From contig JAUCBJ010007134.1 of the NCBI GenBank assembly GCA_032718475.1, forward strand, positions 1 to 64,000: DNA of 64,000 nucleotides, read 5' to 3'. The translations under genes and the position numbers were made by a program. The stretch is from Nemertoderma westbladi. Lineage: Eukaryota; Animalia; Xenacoelomorpha. Below, piece after piece: positions 50,375 to 62,685 of the stretch. The notes under the pieces are model-generated. The model was not told the DNA's origin and searched no databases. It worked only from the letters and a program-made list of their open reading frames with translations. Position 1 is the stretch's first letter. The number at the start of each line of letters is the position of its first letter.

Positions 50375-51013
50375 ATGTTTGACACAAAACAAACACTGTC
50401 AGATAGTCTCTTAGAAAGAACGATCTGTGACCCAGATCAAAGTAAGGAACATCCCAGACCGAAGTCTAAGTCCCCTCCTACTGTAAGAAAGGTTATCCCT
50501 ACAGTAGTGGTATCGGACCCTAGGCTAGTAAAGCACCATAGGTCTATTATAGGCACTAGGGCTCAAGTTAAGCGAGACCAAGAGATGGCTGCCAAACAAC
50601 AACAGTACCCGAACCGAGAACTTATTTCTCAACTGCGTAGTAACTCTAGTTCCGACACCGAAGAGTTAACGCCCGAGATCGGAACAAGGATGGAAGAAGC
50701 GGTTTATCCAGACCCACTTCTAATTCTTCCTGGGGCAGTACTCACTAGAGTACTTATAGCTGTAGAAGAACATCAAGCGGATTGGATGAGAAATAAGAGA
50801 TCAACCAGGGACAGTTATGCAGGATACCCGATGGAAGAACTAAGGTCTATTGTAGAGACTCAATGGAACTTCCCCGGACCCGGACTCCCGTTTATCTTAC
50901 CTGAAGCTACCTGGGAAGACTTATACAGGATGGGAGTAGTAAGGGACACTCGAGATCCAGCTGTGTGGAAGAGGTCGGCAGCAGGATATGTCCAGGGATT
51001 CTTCAGCTCGTAA
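50375..51013 (+). pseudogene. Probable N-terminal part of the LTR element gag ORF, cut at an inversion junction
   Basis: First long ATG ORF after the 5' LTR and leader. Its stop codon is supplied by the foldback palindrome at 51011. No recognisable domain. Confidence 0.45.
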
Positions 51014-51044
51014 TGAATATTACAAAGATAACATACGGAGTTCT

Positions 51045-52085
51045 GTATGTTATCTTTGTAATATTCATTAAAAGGTAACCATTTCATCTCATCTCCATTA
51101 AACTTGACGATCTCTCCCACCTTTACCGCTTGACGGGTTTCCATTCTAGCCATCTGACGTGTAAAACTTTCTTGAGCCATCGTATTATTTAATATCGAAT
51201 TATCGGTATATAAATTTCTCGGATTATTATCAGATCGGTATGGGATATCATTATTAACAAGCTTATTAATACCCTTAATAGGGTTTACTATCAGAGTCTC
51301 TACTTCGGTAGCAGTATAGATGCGTGTAGGCTCCATACCTTGCGCATGAAATACTTCAGACCTAATGGGCTGACATATTGTTACAGAGGGTGGTGTTATA
51401 CCCATTTGTATATTCACTAATTTATCGCGCTCGAGAGCGATATTTTGCTGTACTTCTTGCAGCTCTAACCTACTCTCTCTCACTGTTCCCTTTAACAGCT
51501 GAACAGTCCCTTCCAATTCTCGGACTTGTTTGGAAGTCCTGGCTTTATTGTCTTCTAGTTGTCCGAGCAACTGCTCCATCCCCTGTCATCCCTCGTCCAT
51601 CCACTCAACTGCGGAGGCTGGAGTCGCCAACGTCGTAGCTGGATGGCACATCGGGACGACGGGAGACAATCTATTTATTATATCTTGCTCGGCGTCCATG
51701 ACTGTCTGAGATTCTGGGAGTTGTCTACTGGGCACAGGTAGTTTGGTACTGTGTAAAGGGAATTTAGAGTTAGGTTCTTGGAGCAAAGGGGTCTCTATCA
51801 AGGGAGTGGCTTCGCTAACAGCCCTAATTATTTCTGGCTCATCTACTATAGTAGGTAGTCTTTCTACTCTTATAATTTGGGCTGTTGGCTCTCGATTACT
51901 TAAGTCTACATTAGCAAGCTCCCTTCTCACCGCAGGGGGTAAGTTAGGCAACTTATGCCGGTGGGGCGCTCTTCTACGTCCATTTGAACGAGATTTATTA
52001 CTTTTACCCTCGGGATCAGTGGTATCACCTTCATCCGAGGAGGTAAATCCCTGTCTTCTGGGAGTAGATCGACTTATCGACTATT
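51045..52085 (-). pseudogene. Inverted BEL/Pao gag fragment (coiled coil and start of a DUF1759-like domain)
   Basis: ORFs 51586-51951 and 50860-51579 share a frame across one TGA. IVKFNGDEMKWLPF resembles the BEL gag F.GD...W..F motif. Confidence 0.6.
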
Positions 52086-52087
52086 TC

Positions 52088-52935
52088 ATGATGGTTACTA
52101 TGCACTGGTCATAGTAGATTTGTACTCAAGGTGGGCAGAGATATATTTCGTCACATCAGAGAGGTTTGAAGTCGTAAAGAAACAATTTTTGCGTTATTTT
52201 GCAACTTATGGATGTCCACAACAAATCAAATCCGATAATGGACCACCCTTTAATGGGGACGAGTGGCAACGATTCGGGGAGATGCAAGGATTTCATGTCC
52301 GCCTAATCACACCTGGGCATCCACAATCGAACAGTGAAGCTGATAACTTCATGAAGAAAATAAAAAAAGCTGTTGCAATAGCTAACGTAACAGGGAATGA
52401 CTACAAACTCGAAATCATGAATAGGCTATTAGCAGATAGGGCAACTCCCCACCCAACAACTGGAAAATCACCATATGAGATTGTATTTGGTAGACGAATG
52501 AGGATTGGGAACATAGAACCATTACTGCACCATCAGGCCATGACCGGTAAGCTGACCAATGACGAACAGTTGAGAGAAACTGTATCCGAAAATAAATTGA
52601 AGTCAAAGATATACTTCGACAAGAAACATAGAGCCAAACATCACTCGTTCACTGTTGGAGATAAAGTTCTTGTCCAAAGTAAGCAGCATGGTGAATACTT
52701 CCCAGATATATTTGTGATAGAGGAGATACGATGTTCAAGCATTCAAGCAAGACATGTAATTGATGGTAAAACGATATTTCGTGATGCCTCTCATGTAAAA
52801 AAAGTATCGCAATCCATACGGTGGGATGAGTCTAGATATTTCTATACCAATGACCAATGTAGATATTGTGGAAGGGGATAACACCAAGCGACCAACACGA
52901 TTAACAGCTGGGAAGCCTCCTGAACGTCTCATATA
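52088..52935 (+). pseudogene. Ty3/Gypsy (Mag-like) integrase, C-terminal portion
   Basis: ALVIVDLYSRW, YGCPQQIKSDNGPPF, PGHPQSNSEAD, RATPHPTTGKSPYEIVFGR and FTVGDKVLV. The first catalytic Asp is missing and the Glu position reads Asp. Confidence 0.9.
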
Positions 52936-53022
52936 CTCGAACTTAGGGGGTCCATGAACAAGGAATAGAACAATTTAATATAAACATTGTTAGGGTTTTT
53001 TCCTTTATAAGTGGTGGAGGGA

Positions 53023-54203
53023 TGTTGGAAATATTACTATGAGCGGGAAATTTGAATTGTTAGATTATTATATATATATTACATTACAGTCAGTCGGAAG
53101 CGAATAGCATTGTGATATTTTGCATTGCAGTACTGCAGTACGTTTGCAATAAGTTGCATCTGAGTAGCTGCTCTTTGTTTATTTAAGTAATCTTGTTTCG
53201 CCTGAAGGTTCTCCAACTCTAGTTGGACTGTGTCTTCAGATGCCCTCCATTCTGCTTCTGCCACTGCCGCTGCTGCTTTTCTTTCAGCTTCTGCCGCTGC
53301 AGCTGCCGCTGCCGCTTTTCTTTCAGCTTCTGCCACTGCCGCTGCTGCTGCCGCTTTTCTTTCAGCCTCGGCGCTGTCGCTGCCTCTTTTCTTTCAGCCT
53401 CTGCAGCTGTCACTGCCTCTTTTCTTTCAGCCTCTGCCGCTGCCGCTGCCACTTTTCTTTCAGCATCTGCTGCTGCCGCTGCCTCTTTTCTTTCAGCCTC
53501 TGCCGCTGCCGCTGCTAACTTTCGGTCTTGTATTTGCTTTTTCTTTATTTGTTCTTCTTGGTCCATTGCGATGAGAATGCTTTCATCAAATTTAGCCTGC
53601 TCCGCAGCTAATATCTCCGCATCTAATGAGTCCAGCACGAATTTGGCTCCTTCACTATTGGGATGAAGTCCAGCTAGACGTCTCCTTAGCTCTTTGTCAC
53701 CTATAAATCGTTGATAATCCGACAGATAGATGTCACTAGCATCCTTCTTCTGAGGTTTTTCGGATACCGCTTCGCCTTCCACATGAGAAAAGGTTGCATC
53801 TGTTGATTATCTGTGGGTTATGTGTTCAGTTAGCTGGACCCTCCATTGTGTTGTTCCCTGGACTTTAACATTCACTCGTTGGAACCAAGTCTTTACAGCC
53901 ACCTGTAACGACGTGTCTTGAATAATAACGTGGCATTCTGGAAGGCATTTGACTAATGGACAAATGGCCCTAATTTGTACAAATTGTGGCAGGAATGTGG
54001 AATTTGTGTATTTATAGGTGAATGTTACTACTAAAGTGTGTTTACATTAGAGAGTCACAGTTGTGAAAGTTACCCTGCATCTGTAGCAAGTACCTCCAGT
54101 ATATCCAAGCCCTTGAGACAGACAGTGGAGTGAATCGCGCTGGTTATTGTTGTCGTTGTGTAGCTACTACGTTGGCGAGAGGCACAGCGACGACAGTACA
54201 ACA
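53023..54203 (+). repeat. Putative 3' LTR of the nested Gypsy element
   Basis: A polypurine tract AAGTGGTGGAGGGA (53009-53022) is followed by TGTTG, with a matching CAACA ending at 54203. No second copy is present in the window. Confidence 0.5.
53079..53782 (-). pseudogene. Ala/Glu/Arg/Lys-rich coiled-coil ORF with (AAAAAEAERK) repeats and one frameshift
   Basis: ORFs 53219-53782 and 53079-53336 join near 53370 into ~235 aa with non-repetitive flanks. Confidence 0.55.
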
Positions 54204-54321
54204 GCACTGAGGATCTCAGGGCTCTGCTGTCCGGGGGCATAGAGGGGAAGGCAGCGACACCCACTAGCCTTATTATTATTAATTATAATATTGATAAACT
54301 CATATAGCAGCTACGACTGAG

Positions 54322-56720
54322 TTGATAGAAGATGATCTTGGTATCAGGGAGCGATATACCCTACCACTGCAAGCGTTTGTTGATAGTTTGATAAGCGGTG
54401 ACGCAAGTCAACACACGACGGAAGACGATGGCCGTTATATCGAACCGCCAATGTCAAAGGAACAGCTCAAGCGAGAATTGGACTATAGAAAATTCACCGC
54501 TTGCTATACGCATCATAATGGTACGTATATGGACTTCTTAACTACTGGTCATCCTATCGATTTACACGACACGGACGATGTAGACACTGAAAGGGAAATG
54601 ATTCTATTTAAATATCATGCCCTGCGGAGTCGGAATGATAAACTGAGAATTGAACATGAAAATTCTATTCGAAACCGACTTGTAAGAGAAGATGTTGAAG
54701 AACCGGATAAACGTAATGACTTCAACGAATATTTAGAATTATTGAGAGAAACTTATCTCAATGTAGCTAGTCAACAAAATCTAGAAACTCGATATCCTTA
54801 AGGTATACATCATAACCCTATGATAGAACTCAAATGACTCTATTTTACTATGATGTATCTTACCGATGATCGACCGCTACCTGTTGTACTGGATAGCTTC
54901 GAACAGATGGAGGAATATTGTAAAACTGGAGAAAGATCACCGGCGTTTCCCTTACAAGACATGCGTCTTTGGTATTACTGCGATGAATGCCCTAGACCCA
55001 ATCAACACACGGAAAGACATAAAAATCCGCGGAGATATTGCGCTAAACACAGTTTTACTCGCTATTCTTACGGGAGTTTTGAGCGAAACTTGTTCGACGT
55101 ATCACCTACGCTCGCTCGACTCAAACGATCCTTAAATAAACCTATGATCAGAGTTCCGGAATACTCGGTCAGACCTCCTCATTCCCTGGTGCGACCTAAG
55201 ACTCTTGATCCTAATAGTATGACGGATCCTCCTGAGTTGTACTCATTGTTCAAAGATCTAGTGTTACCCGATCAATTAGTCGGTGGCACTCCGGTTGTGG
55301 GCTCTCTAGGTATTCGCCCATCCTACCTATCCGGATTGGGACGCGGACATCTAATATCTCCGTTCAACCCGTATAATCGTCCCGGTTTAACTCCGATACC
55401 ACCTGTCACCGAGGTGGAGGAAAGCGTTGTACGAAATGCGCTAGACGCTATTCGGCAAAAGATAGGATAGGGAACCTACGATTGTTTAGACAAACGTAAA
55501 TTGCAACAACAAGTCCAAGCGGTAAAGGAATTAGCTTTACCCCAGTTCGATCGTGAAATCCAGAATCTTGAGGAAGATATTGAACTTGGACGAACTTACT
55601 CTCTACAAGAGTTCTTGGACGAACGCTTTCAAAGACAAGCTGAGGAAAATCAGCTCGAGGAGAAGCATATTGAAATGGATGAGAGAGAAGAAGCAGCTTT
55701 AGCCCAACCGGAAGCTCAAATCCTTATTCTCCTTATCCTAAATCTCTATTCCAAAACCATCATTCATCCTTCGATGGTTCCCCATTTCGGAGATAAACAC
55801 TTCGCCAAAGCACAACCCCAACCCAACCAGTTGGGATATCAACTTAAGATCTAGAGATCTTATCGCTGACTCTCCTATGTTACAACGACCGCCAATCGAG
55901 GCTGCTCGTGTCGACGGTATACTCGTTGAACCTCCGGACAATCGAGCGGATCTTGTCTGTCGTATGGTACACGAGGTCAACCTATGCGCTAGACCTTTAC
56001 CGAACTCATTTTACAGGATCAAAGATCACCCCTATTATGTTCATTTAACTCAATATTATATGGTGAAACCGGAAGATCCTACACATAGTTTAAAGTTTCT
56101 ACCATTAATAAATCCCCTCCATTTGGTTGAACTCAAACAACTACAAAAACATTTAGATCAATTGGTTAAAGTAAACTCATTCAGAAAACCTTATAATGTT
56201 TCAAGAATAGAAAGGGACGTAATACCTCCATATAATCTCGATGGATTTATTAGAACTCGATTAGTCCATTGGAATTTATATGTATTGTTCAAGGAATAAA
56301 TAATACGGCGACTTGTTCATAAACTCGCATCCTGAGTTACAAGAAGTTCATAGACGACCATATGAATATAAGGCCAGAGAACGCGAATTAGAGAGAACAA
56401 TCAAACCGAGGAAATTTCTCACTACATAGGGTCAACCTACTGCTGTCTTGCAAATGACCCATCAAGGACCAGTAAGAGCTGCTGTCCTGAAATGCGCTCT
56501 AAAGGTTGTTCGCCCTCATTCCACCGATGTTGATATCGATCAACCGGGTTCCTCGACCGGTGGATACACTGACCGTAATCCAAAACCTTCTGATGCAATC
56601 GTATTGCACCCTTCCCCCAGGTGTTATAGCCCTCCTAGTAAAGTGGCTCGCCCCAAAGAGAAAAAGACTCTTACTAGTCTCAAAAAACTTCGTAAACGCC
56701 ATTCACGAAAGAAGGACTGA
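54322..56720 (+). pseudogene. Decayed ~800-aa orphan ORF immediately upstream of the PPT and 3' LTR
   Basis: ORFs at 54322, 54850 and 55501 share one frame, split only by isolated stops. Later pieces (55877, 56448) follow after frameshifts, and the last ends ~60 bp before the LTR. Confidence 0.6.
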
Positions 56721-56780
56721 TAGTTTAGAAACTGTGATTTTTTATATTTTATAGACTTAAATCCCATTTTCTGGGAGCGG

Positions 56781-57900
56781 TGTAAAAGCTTTTGTGGACA
56801 TAACAAGTCATTTTTACGCAATGCGCAGAATACTCTAAAATAGCCCTAAAATTGTTCAACTATGCGTCGGACAGAAATTAGAACCAAGATGACGAAATCT
56901 GTCAGCCGATTCTTTGTGTACATGGAGATCCCTTTGTTTAAGCTTATTCGGCCAATCAGAGCAATCTTCCCAGTTATGCCAGTAGAGACCTACCTAAGGA
57001 AACTAGCGCATGCGCAGTTATCGTTTTTCAGAGAATTAGATTCCTCTCAGAATTCTGTACTAAGTACGGACGTTTCAGACTTTGGCCCAAGAACATCTGA
57101 TGGCTGGAGTTATAAGGACGTAAATCTATTAACCTGTTTCGGGACCCTGTCCTGTTGCATACAAATCTAATCATACTGAACTTCATGAACACATACTGAC
57201 TGTTCACCGCACTGTTTTAATGCTGTTTTATATTGTGTTAATTGCTGTTTATATTAATGGATGTTATATTTGGAGAATACCGATAAATAATCATAAACCC
57301 CTCAATCTTCTTGATTACTGAGGTAAGCGGAGGAAGGGTCTACCGGTAGCAACTGTGACTCAAATTATAGTGGTTTTGTGTGAATTAAATGCTATTTCAT
57401 AATCCCTACGTGTGTCAGTTGCAATCCTCCTTATATATGATCAAAATCAGTGACGGTCGGCAAATTAGTTAGTGTGAATTAGTGTAAATTAGTGTGAAGT
57501 AGTGTGAAGTCGTATGAAGGTTAATAAAGCATCTCCTAAAGAATGCGCTATTTACGAGATTCCATAGCCATCTAGTTGTGATTAGTGTAAGTCATAACTC
57601 TGTTTCATACTTAAAGCGCCACGTCCCAAAGGAACTGTTAATATTTCCCTGAAAGTAAATATAGTTGTCAGAGATTCTATAGTAGCGATCAATCGAATAA
57701 TACAAAGTAGCCTACACCGCAATAACTTCCTCTGGAACCCGAATCCAGTCTCCCACACCGTGGGTCATATGCCACGCACGGACTGGCTTCGCGGATGTAA
57801 ATTCAGTACACCAGGTAATTGGTACGGGCAAAGTCGATTCATAATAAAAGGACATTTAAAATTGGCAGGTTAAACTGCTAAAGGTCTAAAAGCGCGAACA
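56781..57900 (+). repeat. 3' LTR (1120 bp)
   Basis: TGTAAAAG...GCGAACA followed by the AAGTG TSD. Confidence 0.9.
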
Positions 57901-60900
57901 AAGTGGACTGTATATAGGAAGGGAAATTGAAATGAAAACAAGTAGAAATTGATGTGAACTGCCGGAACTATGTTATTCTTTAATCAGAATCAGTTATACA
58001 GAGTTGAGATGTTACAGAAATGGCAGAAATACTATTTACAGATAAAAATGCCACTAAAAATATAAAAACTTTTACTATTGTAAAAGTCAGGGGCTTCTTC
58101 CGCAAGCAGAAGGTGAAGGTGCAAGAAGGCAAAACAGCGCCTTTTATAGCCAGACATGATGCAAATCGGGATCGGAACGTCTGAATGCTGATTGGCAGTA
58201 GCTCGTCCCTGATTGGTCGGAGCTAATGGTTGTCCAAACAATTATTCTTCGATCCTAATGCACCTATGTGCTGGCGAGGGCTGAGGTCGATGACATGGTC
58301 ATGTGACATAAACACGTATCAGTGTTTGGTAAACCAAACGTGACCCCTCTGGACAACCTACTCGGTTCGATCTAAAAAGCAAAAGTAGATAGAACGTATC
58401 GGCGGTGAGAAACCAAACGTGACACCACAGGACAAACTACAAGTTTGGATCCCATTTACAAATGAATGTCTGTGTGAGAGACGCAAACGTGATCCCACTG
58501 AACAAACCTACACGAGATTATTCACATATCTACTACAAAATAAGCCTTATGTTGTACGGTAGTGGATAGAGATACCTGCCAAGGAAAGTATCTTTATATT
58601 GTTTGTTTGAGAGAACCCTCACTCATGTGACATATTTTGTTAAGTTAAGTTAATTAATTAATTAATGTTTGAAATGGTAAAGAAGTTTATATACTAGAAA
58701 GCCGTGGCCGAAGCCACGAGCTTTCTATCACTATGGCAACTATAAAACTCTCAGCAACTTGTATTTAATAGCCTGAAGGCCTATGAGGTTATACAAGTAA
58801 CTTGGGGATGCAATATGAATATGCTATTGCATAATAATAACTTGTGCCTGTGCCTTGGTACATATCATATACATTACGTACTTCATGCCTCAGTGGTGCA
58901 CCCCGTAGAGACCATTGAGTAACATTGTTAACCTTAATCTCATTCCCAATATCTCCTACTGGCAGAGGATTACAGTACAGATGCGTAATCAATAGTAATG
59001 ATTCTGCGTTTACATCCAAGCTCGCTCAACCAACGACAAACTATATTTCATAGTTCATATTGTAAGACACAGAATATTGCATTGCATTAGACTAATACGA
59101 CACTAGATTATGTGGTACACATTACACAGTATATAATAAATGTTAATTCATAACGGGAAAACTACTACTTATTAACTATTTATTTCGACTAAAACAAGTT
59201 TTCCCGTTCAGCGATTTTCCAGCTGAGGCTGACCTACGTCGTGCGAGTGAGTGGCAGCATTCGAGGTAAAATAATACATCAAGGGGTCATAATAATAATT
59301 GTTGGAAAAACATTTATATAATTCAAACCGCCTTTCTATTCTATTCCTGTTTTAAGGTGAAGTTTAAGGATTCAAGATTAGGCCTATCCTTTATGTTATG
59401 GTTGGATATAAATAGTCGCAAAGAAATACATGTAAAACTTCCTTTTGCCCAATTTTTTACATGATTTTGATATATAAAACTAAATGCTATACATGAAAAA
59501 CAAATCATAGCTTTATTTTATTACGACCCATTGATGTTTAATTGACATAGATATATATAGTAATTATCACTAATTACTATTACTTACTTTTTAAAAATTA
59601 ATACTGATGTGTTTCAGATTTATTATTAACTTATTTATTAACTTATTTATTAACTTATTATTTGTATTAACTCATTTATTAATTTATTATTATTATTAAC
59701 TTATTTTATTCCAAAATTGTAACAATACTCAACGCCGTTAGTATTAACAGCGAGTTGTTATTTAGCACTTTACAACTTTAGAGAAAATTACACAGTATTG
59801 TATTAGCCTGTACATTTAGTACTGATTGGTGTAATATTATGTTGTAATGTCCCATTGGCGTGACTTTACATCACGCAGTCATGGTTACTGTTCGCGCTTT
59901 TAAAAGACTTCGATAATTTTCACCGTCAAATTTTATTATCACAGAAATCTTTCTTCAGTTTGCCAAACGGGATAACATCAGATATAAATCAGTTAGCGCG
60001 GCGTATGACCCAACTTTAATGGGAGCCGGAAATATATCGGCTTACTAAATTGGGTTGGTTATGTATCATTCGATTGATTCTCGCATTATAATTCCATACA
60101 ATTATGTTCACCCAAGGGATAGTATTAACATTTCCATTTTAGGTGTTGTGTTCTAGATAACAAACAGGTCTATGAATTAAAGTAATTACAACAGATTTTT
60201 AATAAGAATTAGTGTTCACTCCCTTTAGAGGCATGGTATTTATGAACCGGCTGAAATACACTCTGAACACTAACTTGAGGCAATTTGTTCATGAATAAGG
60301 AGTAGACAGGCTCACACACGCTGATAACAATGTTATCATAGAGCCTACACTAAGCTTACCTCGTTAAATATGAATATAAACAAGTTGGAAGTTATGCGGT
60401 AAATGTTGCAGAATCTCCATATACCAAATATACAATAATTATCCATCAAATACAACAATTAACAGTTACAGCAGTAAATCAGTGCAATTCAGTTATTTCA
60501 GCACAATGGCACCATCAGTAATATGGTGATAAACTTTAAGCCAGATGCTATCGGCAAACATCCTTCTGCTATTAGCAAAGCAGAATACACTGAACAAAGA
60601 AAGGTCGCAATGCGGCATAAAACTAGCAATCGAATGTAACAGAATTCTTTATAACCCTGAATCATGTCTATACACCTAGCAACTTCCAATCAGAAGCTGG
60701 AGCTACAAATTTGTTTACTAGAGTTCAATTGTGTGAAGAAAACAAAAAGGTCTCTTATTGGCCGCATTCCAACCACTGATGAGGAGGTAAGGAAATGCAT
60801 AGAAATGAATACCAAAAATGAAAACGTCAGGTGGTGTGGCTTTAATAAATCTTACTTAGATATTTAATCAGTTCTATGAAGCTTATCTAAATATTCAATC

Positions 60901-61765
60901 AGTTCTATGTCTTTTGAGTAGAACAGCGCATTGCTAATAAAATGTTCGTTTAAGTCGCGAAAGCTTTAACGGTTACCACATAAACAATAGTTGGTATTTA
61001 CTATTAAATGCCTGACAGCCAGATAGGCCCACTGCATTACCTACCGGTAGCTATTAATAACCAGTGGCTATAAACTATTAACATGGCTCCAAATGCCACC
61101 ATAAAAATAAGCTAACTTATTTATAACATAATTTATGTCATTTTTACATTTATTTATACAGCAACTAATTTAATTTGTGCAGTTTCTATCACTTGTAATA
61201 TATATACAATAATTTCGTAATGTTGCAATTTTGGAATAAAACTACATACATATTTGTTGCAAAGTACTTTAGTGTTCTGATCCTCGTGGCTTTATTTTCA
61301 CTCACTCACTATACGTTCGTTCGTGTAGCAAAGCACTCGGATCATCACACTGTAAAATGCTACTTTATGCACTGTAAATCGTTATATTAACTTATTATTA
61401 TTATTAACTTCTTATTTTGTATTAACTTATTTACAGTATTAACTTATTATTTGAATTAACTTATTATTATTAACTTCTTTATTAACATATTATTATTAAT
61501 AACTTATTATTAACTTAATATTATTATTATCTTATTTATTAACTTGTTATTATTATTATTAACTTAGTATTACTATTAACTTCTTTATTAACATAATATT
61601 ATTATTATCTTATTTTATTAACTTGTTATTAATATTAACTTATTTATTGCGCTATATTTATATTAATTTATTTATTTGAATCGTGTAATATAACATTTAA
61701 ATAATCCATACAAATGATAATTGTTATGAATTATTATTATTAATTATACTGTATATAAATGTACA

Positions 61766-61945
61766 GTCGGCCGTAGCCGGAGGCGACCCAAAGGCTCCTC
61801 TTTCGATGGCTGCTACCCGAAGGTAGGAGAGGGCGCTTCTCCTATCCCAAGTTTTCCTCCCAGTTCGCCTACAGTAATTTAACATCTCGAACCTACAACC
61901 AACAGATTGAAGGCCTATCGCGGAACCAACTGAGCTTACCCCGCC
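61766..61945 (-). mobile_element. tRNA-derived SINE related to the copy at 856-991
   Basis: Shares CGAACCTACAACCAA...AACCAAC.GAGCT.ACCCCGCC with it and has a single CTGCTACCCGAAGGTAGGAGAGGGCGCTTCTCCTAT unit. Confidence 0.8.
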
Positions 61946-62289
61946 TTATATTGTTTAATATATTGTATAGGGCTACTGCATGATGTACTGTATATATAAA
62001 TTAGTTAAACAGTATATTATCAACATCGATTTGGGGTAAAACGTAACATGGATATCGAGTTTGCAAAAATGCTATTGATTGTTGTGGGGCGAGTCAGCGA
62101 ACTGTTATAATTATACTATGGCCGTTTTCTACAAGTCTGTGTGTGTGTCAGTGTGTCGGTAGCCATTATTGTCGGAAGCCAATATATAACTAACCATAGA
62201 ATAATTGTAATAATTTGTTCGCTAAGATGGCTTGCAGCGTTTGCTGCACGAAGGCCCCATACTACATCTTAGTTACATATAAATTTAAG

Positions 62290-62685
62290 GATGTGTCAGC
62301 TGTTATTTCTTTGTATGGAGGCACACACAATGATTACTTTTAAGTCAGCTCGCCCTAACTTGTTCCCAGATTCCGATTGGTTCGTAGAAAACCCAGATGA
62401 AAATCGAACAAATTGTTACACATGCACGTTGATATTCCTGCAATTACCAGGATTAAAGCATATAAACAACGAAGTTGTGAAAGTTTTGTTGTACACCAGG
62501 TCAGAAAGATGCTGGGGACGTCTCTGCAGGGATATTGTCAACGAAGACGAATGCAAGAAAGTGTTTAAGGATAACTTTATCGATGATGGAGCATTTGCAG
62601 GTGCTGACCTGATACATCCAAGTTGCCAGTTGGTTTGCTGCAACGGAATATAAATCTGCAACAAAGTGAGACAGGGTGTGGGAAT
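62290..62685 (+). pseudogene. Ly6/uPAR-like Cys-rich pseudogene, likely paralog of 32942-33607
   Basis: CYTC...C...C...EC...CQLVCCNGI*ICN: the CC-x4-CN motif contains a stop. The sequence is truncated by GGACAGTAGCCCCCC repeats at ~62692. Confidence 0.55.

Larger units (their letters stand above)
46701..57900 (+). mobile_element. 11.2-kb rearranged LTR retrotransposon (BEL/Pao-like) with no RT or RNase H remaining
   Basis: Starts TGT and ends ACA, with AAGTG at both 46696-46700 and 57901-57905. Segment 46701-47492 is nearly identical to 56781-57577. A purine-rich GGGAGCGG precedes the 3' LTR, and a DUF1759-like gag motif lies inside. Confidence 0.88.

Noticed and set aside
53223-53666. Plus-strand Cys/Ala/Leu-rich ORFs
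   Set aside because: Antisense shadows of the AEAERK repeat ORF.
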